A stretch of DNA of 64,000 nucleotides, taken from positions 791,981 through 855,980 of the forward strand of contig NMRA01000062.1 in NCBI GenBank assembly GCA_002633005.1, given 5' to 3'. The notes beneath the pieces were generated by a model, which was not told where the DNA came from, made no database searches, and saw nothing but the letters and a program-made list of their open reading frames with translations. A program made the translations under genes and the position numbers. This document shows, piece by piece, positions 15,301 through 28,100 of the stretch (positions are counted from its first letter, which is position 1; every line of letters starts with the position of its first letter). Source of the stretch: Phoronis australis. Its lineage: Eukaryota > Animalia > Phoronida.

Positions 15301-15891
15301 CAGGACAGAGTATTAGCCAGAATTTTGCCTGTCAGACATTTGCACCCCCCCCCGAACTGCCAAATGGAATCTGGAAAACTTTTAGGGGGCATGGCCCCCT
15401 CGCCCCCTCTAAATCCGCCACTGAATTAATTCATGTATCTAGAGCGTATCTTAGTCGTGCATCATTTTAATTGAAACTAAAGATGCGATTTTTATTAAAG
15501 GAACACATTGCAAACTCTTGCAATTTGATAAAAATCTTAATACTAGATTAATTCTAAAAGCGAAAGTATCACTAAGAGTCACCTCCACTGATGCGAATGT
15601 CTTTAGAAAGAAGAGATAAGTTACTTAATTAGTGTGTTAATTACCAGATACGTTGAATCCGTTGACAAAGAGAGCGATCATCTGGTCTGTTACAGCTAGG
15701 TTGACAATGAAAATGTTGGCCACCTTCCGAAGTTTTCTGTACATGCATACCGCGCATATGATCAGGCAATTTCCAACGGTACCTGCTAAGATTGACACCG
15801 ACAGCCAGCAGAGGAAAAACGCCCCTTTAAGAATGTCGCAACCCAAAAACGAGTCTGGTTCGCAGACGCCCGTTTGGTTGATTGAATCCAT
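12394..15891 (-). CDS. Class A (rhodopsin-family) GPCR, melatonin-receptor-like, ~329 aa; exons 15891-15645 and 13136-12394
   Basis: Exon 1 has TM1 (GTVGNCLII) and TM2 (NIFIVNLAVTD) and ends TCT G|gtaatt. Exon 2 starts tttacag|GG ATC in frame and holds TM3 IAISRYFHICNHLAY (cf. melatonin receptor IAINRYCYICH), CYLKIF, FWTPY and SPWIY. Confidence 0.88.
14680..14836 (+). mobile_element. MITE, CAGGG(G)CGGAT..ATCCGCCACTG family, copy 1
   Basis: Imperfect TIR with a 5-bp direct repeat gtagg on both flanks; internal gccaaatggaatct shared with the other copies. Confidence 0.8.
15265..15423 (+). mobile_element. MITE, same family, copy 2
   Basis: caggggcagatccaggatttt ... ctaaatccgccactg, colinear with 14680-14836. 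Confidence 0.8.
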
Positions 15892-16470
15892 GTTTGTTCA
15901 CAGTTCAGAAAGTGTGATTGAAGCATTGAACCATGGCACTCAATTAATATACCTGCTGAAGTGCGCTGGCTCTAATTACCAAGCCAGCTCGTTACAAATT
16001 GTTCAGAAAATGTCGCGAATGTGATTATGGGGAGTGACGAAGGCAAATATCAGATTACTTCTGCGAAAAGCAAATTAGGAATGAGCTATGACTATGACAG
16101 CACCGGCTGACATGCTGAAGGTTTTACGTTTAATTACCCAGAAAGCATATCATTAATGAATAGTAGATACGGCTGGGGTTCGGTAACCCCAAGTACATAT
16201 CTTTACAACTTACTAGAGTATAATACATCATATTAATTGAACAAATAAGTATCTGGAAAATAGTCTTAATGATTGGGCGAATAATTAGCCGAGAATAATA
16301 TAAAAGGGAAGGGGAAGGACTTTCATACACTCATTCACACTCACATTCACACAGTTTTTAAAATTAACGTATGTTAACCTATAAGTATGTGCATATTTAT
16401 GAAAAGGCAAATTTTCTTGTAATACAACAGAAGTGGTTAAAAAATAACACCATATATTGTTTGAATCATT

Positions 16471-16989
16471 TTAAAGAGATGCCTGCAAAACCCTCCACTG
16501 TTCTGAAGTTTTATCCGAGGCATTAAATACAATGAGGTTCACTGCGTCACAAAGTATACATCTAAACTTATTAAAACAAGGTTGAGACCCATCTCTCGAT
16601 GATGTATAAATATAATGTTGGGCATGAGTGTATATGGTATTGAAGATTTCACTTAGATTGCCAAAGAAGCAAACTAAGAAGTGGTACATAGGTGGCTCAG
16701 TGTGTAAATTTAAAACTTTACTTATGAAATGATGTAAAGAATTCCAGACACGTTTAACACAGAAGCAGCTGTAAAACATATGCTGAAAAGTCTGGATTTC
16801 GCCATAGTAGGGACATTGGTCTGTTTGTGAAATACCAAATATTTTTAACATTTTGTTTGTATAAATTCTTTTGTGAATTAAAAAGTATTTAAACTTGTCT
16901 TTGTAAATGAGGGTTGATGGGTAGATTGAAAGGGAGATTATATATTTCTTTAATTTCGGCGTCTGTGTAATAGTTGAGTAAAAACGCAT
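16471..16989 (-). mobile_element. L1/Tx1-clade LINE ORF2 3' fragment (zf-RVT-like region)
   Basis: KFKYFLIHKRIYTNKMLKIFGISQTDQCPYYGEIQTFQHMFYSCFCVKRVW matches the decayed CCHC C-terminus of L1/Tx1 ORF2. Confidence 0.75.
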
Positions 16990-17127
16990 AATTATCTGGT
17001 TTTACAGAAAACTTGTGAATAAATTTGTTTTTGATCCATGAATTGGAACTATTGAAGAACAAAAATCTAATGTTATTACACTAGCTGAATGTGAAATGCA
17101 TGGCTTTGACGAACATTTGAAATAAAA

Positions 17128-17310
17128 TCTCTCTCTCCCTCTCTCCTTCCCCTCTCTCCTTCCCCTCTCTCCTTCCCCTCCCTCCCTGCCNNNNNNNNNN
17201 NNNNNNNNNNNNNNNNNNNNNNNNNNNNNNNNNNNNNNNNNNNNNNNNNNNNNCTCCCCCATCTATCTCTCTCTCCCTTCCTCTCATTGTCCCTCTGTAT
17301 CCCTCCCGCG
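17128..17310. repeat. CT-rich microsatellite containing a 63-N assembly gap (17191-17253)
   Basis: Polypyrimidine ctcc/ctct runs flank the N run. Confidence 0.95.
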
Positions 17311-17647
17311 CCATATTGGGCTCACTTGCATCTGCAAATCCATAAAAGGTGGTGATCTGTCCTCAGCAAAGCCGTGTAAGATATGTGATATTCGTGTACC
17401 ACCCTGCATCACCACTACCTAAATAGTCCCTTTCAGCATTAATTGTCGTTGTGATCGAAATTCTCTACTATGATTCCTCAATTCACCCTAGTAGGGATTA
17501 AACACAGTCACTCTGATTTGAACCAATGCCAGTAACTTCCTTACATCTTGTTTTTGACCACTTGCATCGAGCTTTTCCTTGTCTAGGACTGAGCCACTCT
17601 TTCGTAGCTCGGTAGGGGTCTGCCCGTGGCTATTTGTATCTCCTTAA

Positions 17648-17998
17648 GGTTATCCAGGACCTTAATAAACGACCTCAACTCTAAGTCAAATATCGAAAAA
17701 ACTATGCTCTGTCAACCATCAAAGGTACATATTTTCTGAGAGGAGAAAGATCGAGGATTCTAAAAATATGCGTCTAACTACTATGTCGTTACTGTCATGT
17801 GTTCACGATTTTAAGTCAAATTTTCATGTGCAAAAAAGTACATTCATAGCAAAAAAAAAACCAGCCGATTTTACTATTTTTTTTAATGAAAACTATGTTT
17901 TGTTTCAAAAATTCTGTTAGGATTTTGCTTTAAAATGCCTAGTTTTCGGGTACTGTGCGATATAACAATTATACCGTTTATTAAGGTCCAATATAACC
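17648..17998. mobile_element. Kolobok-like non-autonomous element
   Basis: 24-bp TIR GGTTAT(CCA/ATT)GGACCTTAATAAACG, flanked by TTAA at 17644-17647 and 17999-18002. Confidence 0.75.
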
Positions 17999-19915
17999 TT
18001 AAGTCTTCAAGCTGATAGCTCTTAATTATTTACTTTCATACCGGTACTTGTAAATTGTTATCTTTGTAGTATCTTGCAATCCATAACTTGTTTGGAAATG
18101 TTTGATTTAGCTGTGATCCTATTGCTCTAAATAATTTCCGTAACAGTAGCCGGTGCTCAATTGAACCACAACACAATTTCTTTACCATTTTTATCAAGGA
18201 CAATTTTGTTGATTAGTTTGGATTTATTTATATCAAATAATGGGTATGAACTATGTAATGCTGTGTGCAGAACATCTGGCCTTCTAGTACATTGACACGT
18301 GCTGCTTTTATGACGAAGTAACATTTTTATTTCACAGAGTTCGATTCACTTCACAATAATATTATTCTTGTTTCAGATGCTTTGCCAGATGTTAAAAATT
18401 TGGTCAGCGAGGGAGTCCTAAATAAAAGGCCTCAAATGACTACTGTTTGGCATATGTACATGTGTATATTTTTGGCTTTTGTTTCGATTTTTACTTAACC
18501 TTGCCAGTTCTCGAGTGACTCCCAATGTGTGGCATTTACGTCGGATGATTTTGTTCACACATTGACAATACTTTGCAAACTTCTTTTTTTTACCAGAGGT
18601 GCACTCATGTTTTGACACAGTGATGCCCAGCGAGTGGCAGCTTGTGTTTTCGTTTCCTCCGTCGGTTGTTGGTTTATTCTGGTCTTTGCTTAGCGCAGGC
18701 ATAATTCAAATTATGTGGGAATCTTGTTGCTTGGACACAGTTTCTTTAAAATATAACGCATTACTAGTTGTCAACTCTTTTGGTACTCCACACATGCATA
18801 GGTTCATAGTATGCTCTGAAACACACGCGTTCATACACACTTTGCAGTGTTATTAGCAATATGACAAGTCTCATCGGAATAGTTAAGTTTGAAGTTTTGA
18901 AAAAGTTATATGTAATTCCAAAGACAATATATTCGGGTGTTACTTGGTTTTCTAGTCTGCTCGAGACCATAGCATGTAGGCGTAACACTGGGCCACAGAA
19001 TTTTCCGCTTCGCTTACAACTTAGACAATTTTTTGGGTATATTTGAATATAAAATATCATGAAACGGGTCCCTGGGTAAAAATCCAAACATGCGATTTGG
19101 GCAATAAAGCAATGTTACATGACAACACTGTTGACTGACCTCAGAGCCATGTCACTAACCAAGCTAAGTTTAACACAGAGGCTGCGATTTTGCGAAAGAG
19201 TTTATCTGGTAGCTTAGCTCTAGTCTGGTAAAACGTACTCGCATTTTGAGAACCAGTTCCTCGAAGTGAACCCTATTTCTGGGACGTTAATCGGAGCTCA
19301 TAACAGAAAGTCACTGCACATGTAGGACAGCAATTCCACATTTTGTAGTTAAGCTTATGTAAGATTTCTCATTTTAGTGACACCCGGTACTAGAGCAGCC
19401 TTATTTCCTTCTTGGTAGTGGAGCCGTTGAAACAAGTTGGCCGTTGTATTATATCATATACACGTATAAGTAGAAAGGAAATGACCCTTTAACAAAATTC
19501 ATTTTGTGAATTTAAGAACGCTAATTCATTTGGGTGTGAAAGCTTAATACTTTTACTGAGGCAATACAGTAATGTATGTCTTCAATATCAATCAAACACG
19601 ACACTGAAATTATATACATGTACATTTTAGCTTGCAAATTGTAAAAGTTTTTATGTGACAAGAACACATTCGCGAGAACATGTACGTAATGTGGAAGTAT
19701 AAAATGGAAAGAATAATATAAAGAGAATAAAATGGCACCAACGGTTATTTATCAAAACAATCTTACTTGAGTTTTCAGTACTTATATACTGACCGTCTTT
19801 GAGGTCATCCCAATGTACAACATAGCCTACATGCCATTTACAATGAAACAGTCATCAAGAATAGATCTATTTATTATTCAATCTTAAAAAACATAACGCG
19901 TTTCGATTTTCATAT

Positions 19916-22900
19916 CTAGATGCATTTATGGTGCACAATTGAGGGGCCGAACTCGTCGTATTCACCCTTCGAGATCCACATTTGGTCAAATGTCTCCAAC
20001 GAAGCTAAAATTGAGCCCCCTATCCACACTGTGTAATGTCGTTCGTTCGGGGAAATGACCTTTGGCTTTACCGTCGAAGGCGCTAGATCGACTATCTCCT
20101 TCAGGAGGCGCTTGCGGAAGCCGGGAAACATGGTACTTCCGCCGGATAGTATGATGTTTTTATAAAACTCCCGCCGGAGGTCCACGTCACACATAATGAT
20201 CGAGTTGAAAAGCAAGTCTTGGACGCCGGTAAGTTCTCTGCCTAACAGTCCGGGTTGAAACAGTGCTTCTGGGCAACGGAATCTTTCGCTTGTGATGAGA
20301 ATTTGCTGAAAGTACATGCACGTTCATCATCTAGTTCCAGGGATTCGACCAGTGTAATCTCAAGATGGCTAAATTATTTACAATGCGCTCTTACCCTGTA
20401 GAATTTTTTTCAGAGGGGGAAACTGTTGTAAATGATATCAGCTTTTGGACAAATTAGAAGTCAGAAGTGGAAAACGTTTTGATATTAATCAAATATCCTC
20501 GTCAGGTACAATAGTAGATGGAAAACAAAATATCGTGACAGAATGTTCGAGAAAGAAAAGACGCAGTAAAACAAATTAGAGAATTGTTTCGACAATCAAT
20601 TTTGGATTTACGCTCTAGAGACCTGGTAAATTTGACGTCGTGTACACACAGCAGCATACGCCAAGTGTCACCTTATTAACATACACTGTATGCTCAAATG
20701 GATCGTCAGTTCTTCAATTTGAAATTATGCAAAAGAACACCTCGAGCATGTAGAGAACGCTTCCGTCTGGCAGCTGTCGAACTCAGAGTTTGAAATTCTG
20801 AGATAGAATCTCCGACCAAATTGCATGCTTCCAATAACAGGGATTTACTTGATTATCGTTGTTATTCAAAATGCAAACAAGGCGTACGTTTTGTAGACGC
20901 GACAACCTAGCGAAAACATGATCACTAGTTTCCTTCACGAGTCTTGCGTCTACGGAACTCAAGTAAGAATACTGCAAGCAACACGTGACCTTGAGCCTAC
21001 CTGTCCATCCGGAAGCTTGTATTTCTTGTCGTAGTAACTGACGGGTCTCTTCAGTTCCGACTCGAAGTCAAGCGCCACGTAGCAGACCGTCTCCTTTATA
21101 TCCTTGACGATCTCGAACTCGGCTGATGTCTTGAACTTGAATCCCCTCTCGTTCACCAGCTTGCTCATGTGCTCCGTAAGGTCGCGTCCGGCGAGGTCGA
21201 GCCTCGTTATACCGGTGGGGATGGCGTACCCCTCGTAGATGGGTACACAATGTGTTACGCCGTCTCCGCTATCATAGACGCAGCCTGACAGAAAAGACTT
21301 ATGCAATGTCATGAAAGTGTTTTGGTATATTTTTCGCTCATCGGTTTTATGGTGCCACAGTCTTGGAAAATTTAAAACAAAAGAAATTCAGCCCACTCAC
21401 TTTGGCAACCACCCACACCTCGCGTCCATTTAAAGCTAATCTTTGCTTCAATGCCTGTCACTCACAGTAGCAGAACTCACTCGAAATCATTATCCTAAAC
21501 ATATTCGAAGCAACGGCTGCCTGCGTCTATCGTCCTTAAAAGTGTATTCACATGTATATATTTAGGCTTACCCATTTAAGATCACGATGAACTTTAAATT
21601 TTTACTCCAATTATCACGAAAAATTAAATGCTGAGCAAAAGAGGTACGCGGATTAGACATTTGACCTTGGTCTTTGATTCTGGGCCCTTGTCAAGGTACC
21701 TGTCGTTCTTCCACTCGTGTACAGTATCAGGACAGAATGGTTTGCGATGTAGCAGGCAGGCACCCTGAACGTCTCGAACATGATCTGCGTCATCATCTCA
21801 CGGTTTGCGTTGGGATTCAGCGTCGGCTCTGTCAGCAGAACTGGGTGTTCTCTTTGGTCAATTTTCATTACTTCTTGAAATGTGTACTCCCATATCTGTG
21901 CCAATATTGGATAAAGATTACGTTTGATTTTAAATTTGCTTAGCTGGATTTGTCAGTGTTGATAGCCTGTTTAACTGTGTATTGAATATCAATAAGGACT
22001 AAAGACACACCCGAGACCATGTGCTCTACTGAATGTGGCCGATGTTGTTTTTATATGGGGGAAACACACTGAACATGGCAGTCATTGGCAGCCAACATAA
22101 AGAGACGGAACTGTCTTGGAAACAAAATGGTCTACGTGGCCAATGAGTATGAACGCTAGCCATCTCTTCTCTGACGACAAGGCAATCTAGATAAGATGTA
22201 CTTTACACCCCCTTTGGCTTATCCTGTGCACATTGTTGGCCTGTTTCAAACGCCAAAGCAACGCCTGAATGAGTACGAGGGAAGCTGCCTGGTGGGCTCA
22301 ACTTGAGAAATGTGTTTATCAAACATGTCTACGCTGTTATCGTCCTGCGGGGCATGGGCTGGATTCCGTAGAGACAATAAACTGGCCAAAACGAATGATC
22401 ACGCAAATCTTCGCGAAATATTGTCAAGCATTGTAAGCGAAGTGCATAACTGCGTCTACGAGACGAAGCCCAGTGCTGCATATTGCTCTGAAGTGTGCAT
22501 TTGCAATATACAGATTAATAGAACATATCGAAATGTCTGCCTGGGGTCTGTTTCAGGAAAAGTGACTCGGTGAGATTGGTTTTAAATTCCACGTAGTCAC
22601 TTCTGATAATAATTAATCTCGCTTTACCAAAAGTACACCAAGTCACTTAGAATATATCTAAAATTGTTACTGTAGTTACGGATATAATTAGTTATTTCTA
22701 GGGTATGGTCTATTGATAATCGCATGGCTTTTGCAGCAACCGTGAAGTGAGAGCGGAAGGCAAAACTTCTGATGCAAGTGCTTTTGAACAACACATTGGC
22801 TTCCGCCGACTCTAGCTTTTCAGGGTTCTCTCAAAAGTTCGGAATGACGCACGTTCTCATACTGGGGCACATCTCAACAGTTATTTAAAATTTGTTACAG

Positions 22901-25900
22901 AAACGAAGAGAACATAAACACGTGAACACACAAATTAAAGTTATTCCCGGATGTTCAAGCGACACACCTGTCATTGCCAGAGACGAAAACTGTAAAACAA
23001 CTTAAAAGGGTCACTGCGTGAGAGAATCAGGCAAATTACAACATTCTGGGAACATGGCATGCTATGTTTCTTAAATTTGATGAAGCGTAGTTATCAATTG
23101 GGGTGAACTAATTTCGAAAACATATTTTTTGTCTTTCATCACTTTTTAATTATAAACAAATAACTAAATATGGAGAGAAATTGGATGACTGTTGACATTG
23201 CCTTTTTATGGAATGCATCCACTTTGCAGTGGCTTAAAATAACAAAAGTCGGTTATCTGATACGCTATCATCCTGTTTAAGAATGAAAAGAACAAAATCA
23301 AACCAGAAAGATTGATTGTCTCCAACCACCATTGACATGTATAGGCCAACATCGAACACTGTGTACTTAAAGCCACATAACCTCTCACCATAGCCAAATA
23401 GATTTCGTGACATCCACAGCCTTCGTCTTTGACAATTTATCAATACTACCGCAGATAGCAGACGTTTTAATTTGTAAATAACACTTCAGTAACGACACTT
23501 TCATCAATTTCACCCGTTTTACACTGTCAATAAAAGAAGACGTAAAAATAGGGGCTTCATTGCATTATGACAAGTACTAAAAGCCTATCAGGAGCAACCG
23601 GGGGGCAATAGCTTAGAGCAAGGGGTTGTAGCTGAAAATGGTGCCAACGGGGGAGGGGAAGTTTTGATGAAAACCAGGACCTCCACACTTTTTATAGCTT
23701 AGGGACCCTGAGTAACCTTAGTTAATATGTCAGCTGATGCAGGGGAGTGCTTGGATGCTGATGTCCCTATCCCACCATGGCAAAGAAAATGTATGAATGA
23801 TGTCAACACCTGCCTGAAGTTTAACGTTGGGTGCACTCTCTTTTGAAATGCTGGTTCTGTCAGTGGTTTACATCTGACCTAAAACATAGATCCTAGTTGA
23901 ACAGGCAAACGTGTTGAACTTTAAGTTCCTAGGACTACATAAATACTGCATTTCTTAGTCTTCTAAACTGTGCTTTGAGGGGTTGATGAATAATCACAGC
24001 TGGAGACTCCAGATAACTTTACATCCACCTCAAAAGTTTTATCGAAACCATGCTCAGACCCCTTATTTCTCAGGCAATCATCAGCTAAGAACGTAGACCT
24101 GACCATGGAAGAAATTACCAGTCGAAACGTTGGTTGAAGAAATGGAGGTAGGTAAAACTGACCTAAAACATACAACTGCCACTATTTGCCATTACGTCCG
24201 TGCCGTGATAAGTCCTTGACAATGTAATTTGGTGTTCTAGCTCGGACGCTTTTAATTGGAAAATAGACTTCAATCATTGCACAGCATATTGACAAACGGT
24301 GAGCTTCGATGTTCACTCTGTTTGCTACTGAATAGCTGCGCCATCTCAGTGGTGAGTGATCCGAAACTCACACAACTATCCCTACCCGTGGGTATCCAGT
24401 CCAAAAAGTCTTATAAAAGTTTACAATTGCCATTCTTTCATAGACTGTCAATGGATCGCTTTGCGCTAGGAACGTTCTACAGCCAGTCCTTCGGAAGTAC
24501 AATTTGCTCTGCTTTACAATAAAAAAATTCAGGACTGACGAGCACCATGATGGCATGTTGTTGTGAATACTTTGCACTTGCATGAGTTGCTGGAGCATTG
24601 GTGAAGATTTCTAATTTTGTCAACATCCGTTCTTGTCACAGACATGTCGCAATTAGGACTTCTGTGGTTCGTGCAACAGCCATTGCAAAACTACCGACGC
24701 TATCAAATTTGGTGGTACATGTAACAATCAAGACATGCAGTTTTCTAAGTCATCCCGCGAATATTTTCACCAGAGACACATTGGGTGTTGACCAACTAAG
24801 TTGAGTACAACTAAGTCGTATGTAAAAAATCTTTAACATGCCATGTTCCCACATTTGCGTGACGTTCTCATGCAGTGACCCTAAAGTTTATAGTAATTGT
24901 CATTTTTCGTGAAATTAAATTCTGCCCATATCCCAGAAAGGAAGTGGTTAACTTAAAGAAAACATCTCCGCGTAAGTGTTTACTGACCAGTATTAGGAGA
25001 TAATTCCCATGAGGCTAGTTCAGATGCGCTGTTCATTGAGCTACGTCTTGGGACTTTTGTAGGACAGAAGTACCGGAAAGCGTATTAGAAGAGCGCACTC
25101 CTTTTATCACAGAGAAGCTGCACTGCAAACTGTGACCTATTTACCTTCTCCATGGCGTCCCAGTCAGTGACAATGCCGTGGTTGATAGGGTGACTAAGGG
25201 TGAGAAGACCTCGCAAATCATCCGCATCTTGGCCCACATAGTACGGCTTCTGGTAGGGCAACGACATAATGTCCTGGTAACAATGAGCACGGGGACATTA
25301 ATCCTTCCGGGGCACATTGCGGCAAGAAACGCGCTAGTCCGATTGGAAATAAGGGGAATGCCATGTAGACGATCATACTTCCGAAGGCATGCTTTGTGAT
25401 TCAAAATTGTTAAGAAAGTAATGAAAGGTTAGCGTCCAAATTTAACTATATTACAAAAAGAAATAGAATTGGACAAGTTTACAAATAGATGTTCAATAAT
25501 GAAAGATTTAATAACAATGCAAAGCGACATCTTGTGAATCATTGTCTCTTTCTCTCCCTCCCTCCCTCCAGGTGAAGATGATGGTAAAGCAGATAGCGGT
25601 TGTGATGATAGCGATTGTGATGATTATGAGTCCGATACTTGCCATATGGTGGAGCTGGTGACAATATTAATGTCGATAATGACCGTGCTATGAAGCTGAT
25701 GATGATGGTAATGTTCATAGCGATCGTGTGATGGTGCTAAAGGTGATGGTGATGTCGCTAGTGGCCGTGATCGATGATGGCGCTAGTGATGATGGTGATA
25801 ACAACAGTGGCCGTGTGATGGTGGTGCGGTTGATGACGACAATGGCAATGATTACAATGGCGATGGTATACGGCAGAGAACCACGATCGTGGCCATGGAA

Positions 25901-26207
25901 ACAGTATTGTTGACTGTGGTAGCGAAAATAATTATGGTGACGTTGAAGCCGTAGGTGAATATGATGACAGCAAAGATTGCTAGAAGGAGAACGACTTTGG
26001 AACTTATAACACTAAAAGGGACGCTGAGATGGAGTAGGGGAACGATCATGAAGTAATACCTACTACAGAGTTTGGCTGTGCAGCTCCAGTTATTGTTGGA
26101 AACACCCACTTTGGCCTGTCTCTTCCCGCAAAACCCACTTTTGATAGACCAGAGCCATTGTCGATAATAACGGGCATGTTATACATGTGGGCCGACGAAG
26201 CCGCCAT
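19916..26207 (-). CDS. Divergent actin / actin-like protein, ~372 aa; exons 26207-26064, 25249-25145, 21895-21700, 21284-21001, 20305-19916
   Basis: Actin motifs: [104 protein letters not shown]. All four introns are GT..AG with compatible phases (0,0,1,0). Confidence 0.93.
23007..24882. mobile_element. ~1.9-kb TIR element (Kolobok-like) in actin intron 2, with a nested Penelope-like remnant (~23874-24172)
   Basis: Left agggtcactgcgtgaga..gggaacatggcatg and right catgccatgttccc..tctcatgcagtgaccct are inverted, with TTAA-like flanks. The nested part has a 15-bp direct repeat ctgacctaaaacata and ..ccagtcGAAACGTTggt. Confidence 0.6.
25570..25970. repeat. Degenerate (GAT/GGT)n trinucleotide tract in actin intron 1
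   Basis: Recurring gatgat/gatggt triplets. Confidence 0.75.
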
Positions 26208-26904
26208 TGCTCTTTTTTGTTATGGCACCATTATAGCACGGAATACCAAGTAATTTCGCACCTGAAAGGTTTGTTGAAGCCTAAATTTTAGACAAAAAAC
26301 CTCGAATTGAACTCATAATCATAAAACATGCATATATGCCAGAATCAGAAAATGTATTAACTGATCCCAAATCCTTACTCTAGTGTTTTACTTACATCTA
26401 TATCAAGGAATATTATGAGTCACGTGGTTTCCTCCGACATTAACATTATTACGGATACCATATACACAAAGATTTGTGGGGAAAGCAAAGCATCACCGCC
26501 GGCAGACGTAGTAATATTTCAAGTACTCAGAAGCCTAATTCACAAAAGATACGAACAGAAAGGCTGTGTCTACTGAAAATCAACTTTTATCTTACCGAGC
26601 GGACATCGCTTGCGTGAAACTTTCAGGATTCTGGGAAGCACACGCATTGATTTGCGTTATCCGTAAAATAGCCAATGTCGTCAAGTTACTCAACCTGACT
26701 TCAAAGACCTACGAGCAAATTATTTCAAAAAAGTTAAATCAAAACATAAATTTTCTGACCTGGCATACGTTGCACGCAGTGTCACTACACGGTAAACGTG
26801 CTAATTATTACGTTAATGTCTGAATTCCATACACCATTAAATAGCACGTGATGGCGTCTGCGCAATGAGTGTGCAGATCAGATTTCATCGACAATTCGAA
26901 ACTG

Positions 26905-27610
26905 GCCTTAGTGCCTCTTCTATCCAGTTCCGTGTCTCAGCCATTAGTTTTGCCCGCAAACTGGACAACTTCCGTGACACTACCTCCTACTTTTAGTCAA
27001 AAAGCTCCTCAAAGGCGCTTTCAATCTTCGCTCATCTACTGACAAACGCATGCCTATTACTTTAGTTTTGCGGCAACGGTTATTCGACGCCTGTTCTTCC
27101 GCACTCGGTTCTTTTACTGACTCTGTTCTTGCCCGTGCCATGTTCCTTCTAGCCTTTCACGCCTTTCTCAGAGTCGGAGAATTCAAAGTCGCCTCCTAAT
27201 CTCTCACTTCCCATGTCATCTAGGTTAGAGAAGTCGTCTTCCCGCCAGCTGACGATTCTGTGGTCATCACCACCCGTACTTTCAAGCACAGCTCTGGCCC
27301 ACTCTCCCTTACTAACCCTTCCACCCAATCTCACCATTGCTCCGTAGCCTAACTTCGTACTCTTGTATCTTTCAGGCCAGTCCAGGCTCCCTACTCCAAC
27401 ATCTTAGCAGATCACCGGTCACCCGTTCCTGCTTCAACTCCATGTTTACTAAAGTAATTCCCTTTACAAACCTCGACACAAAGCCCTATAAGTTTCATAC
27501 TACAGCTTTACCAACGGCGCGGCCACGTCAGCGGCCAGCCGTGGCATCCCCGAACCGGTGATCCAACGGATGGGACGCTGGAAATCTGATGCCCTAAGAA
27601 CTACGTCGGC
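26905..27610 (+). mobile_element. DIRS/Ngaro-type tyrosine recombinase pseudogene fragment
   Basis: Frameshifted translation VSAISFARKL..LVKKLLKG..DKRMPIT..AMFLLAFHAFLRVGEF..HFKHS..GAATSAASRGIPEPVIQRMGRWKSDA, containing the YR box I Arg and box II region. Confidence 0.8.
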
Positions 27611-27842
27611 ATGTACATGTACAAGTATGCTTTTTCCTCTTAACCAAGTATCCCACTCCTACCGGGAAGTCTGTTGTTTCAGCTCCCCATATCCCCACTT
27701 TACTTTTCAGCCTCTTACATCTACGTCTGTCACAATTTAGATGTTCCTTGGTCCTTCTGACAGAAATTCACATGTAAATTTATTACAAATTCAAATTCAT
27801 GTATTTCAACATTTAAGGCCTTGGCCCACATGTTACATAAAA

Positions 27843-28100
27843 TTACAGGATAACGCTGAGCAGCTTTTCCCTGAGAGCAGTGGCGTGAAATACAAATTTC
27901 ATTAGATTAATCTGAGCAATGGGCTCCGACATTTTCATTAGTTTTATAAACTTATGTTTATTTGGTTCACGCCAGCACCACTCAGGTATAAATGCAGTTC
28001 TCAGAGAGCAGTACATTTTACAAACACATATAAAATGGTATTCATCTTCAATTAGGGATACACAGAAACAACACACACGGTATTTTTGGTCCAATAATAG
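27843..28100 (-). mobile_element. CR1/L2-group LINE 3' end fragment
   Basis: RVCCFCVSLIEDEYHFICVCKMYCSLR C-terminal CCHC-type motif. Confidence 0.7.
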
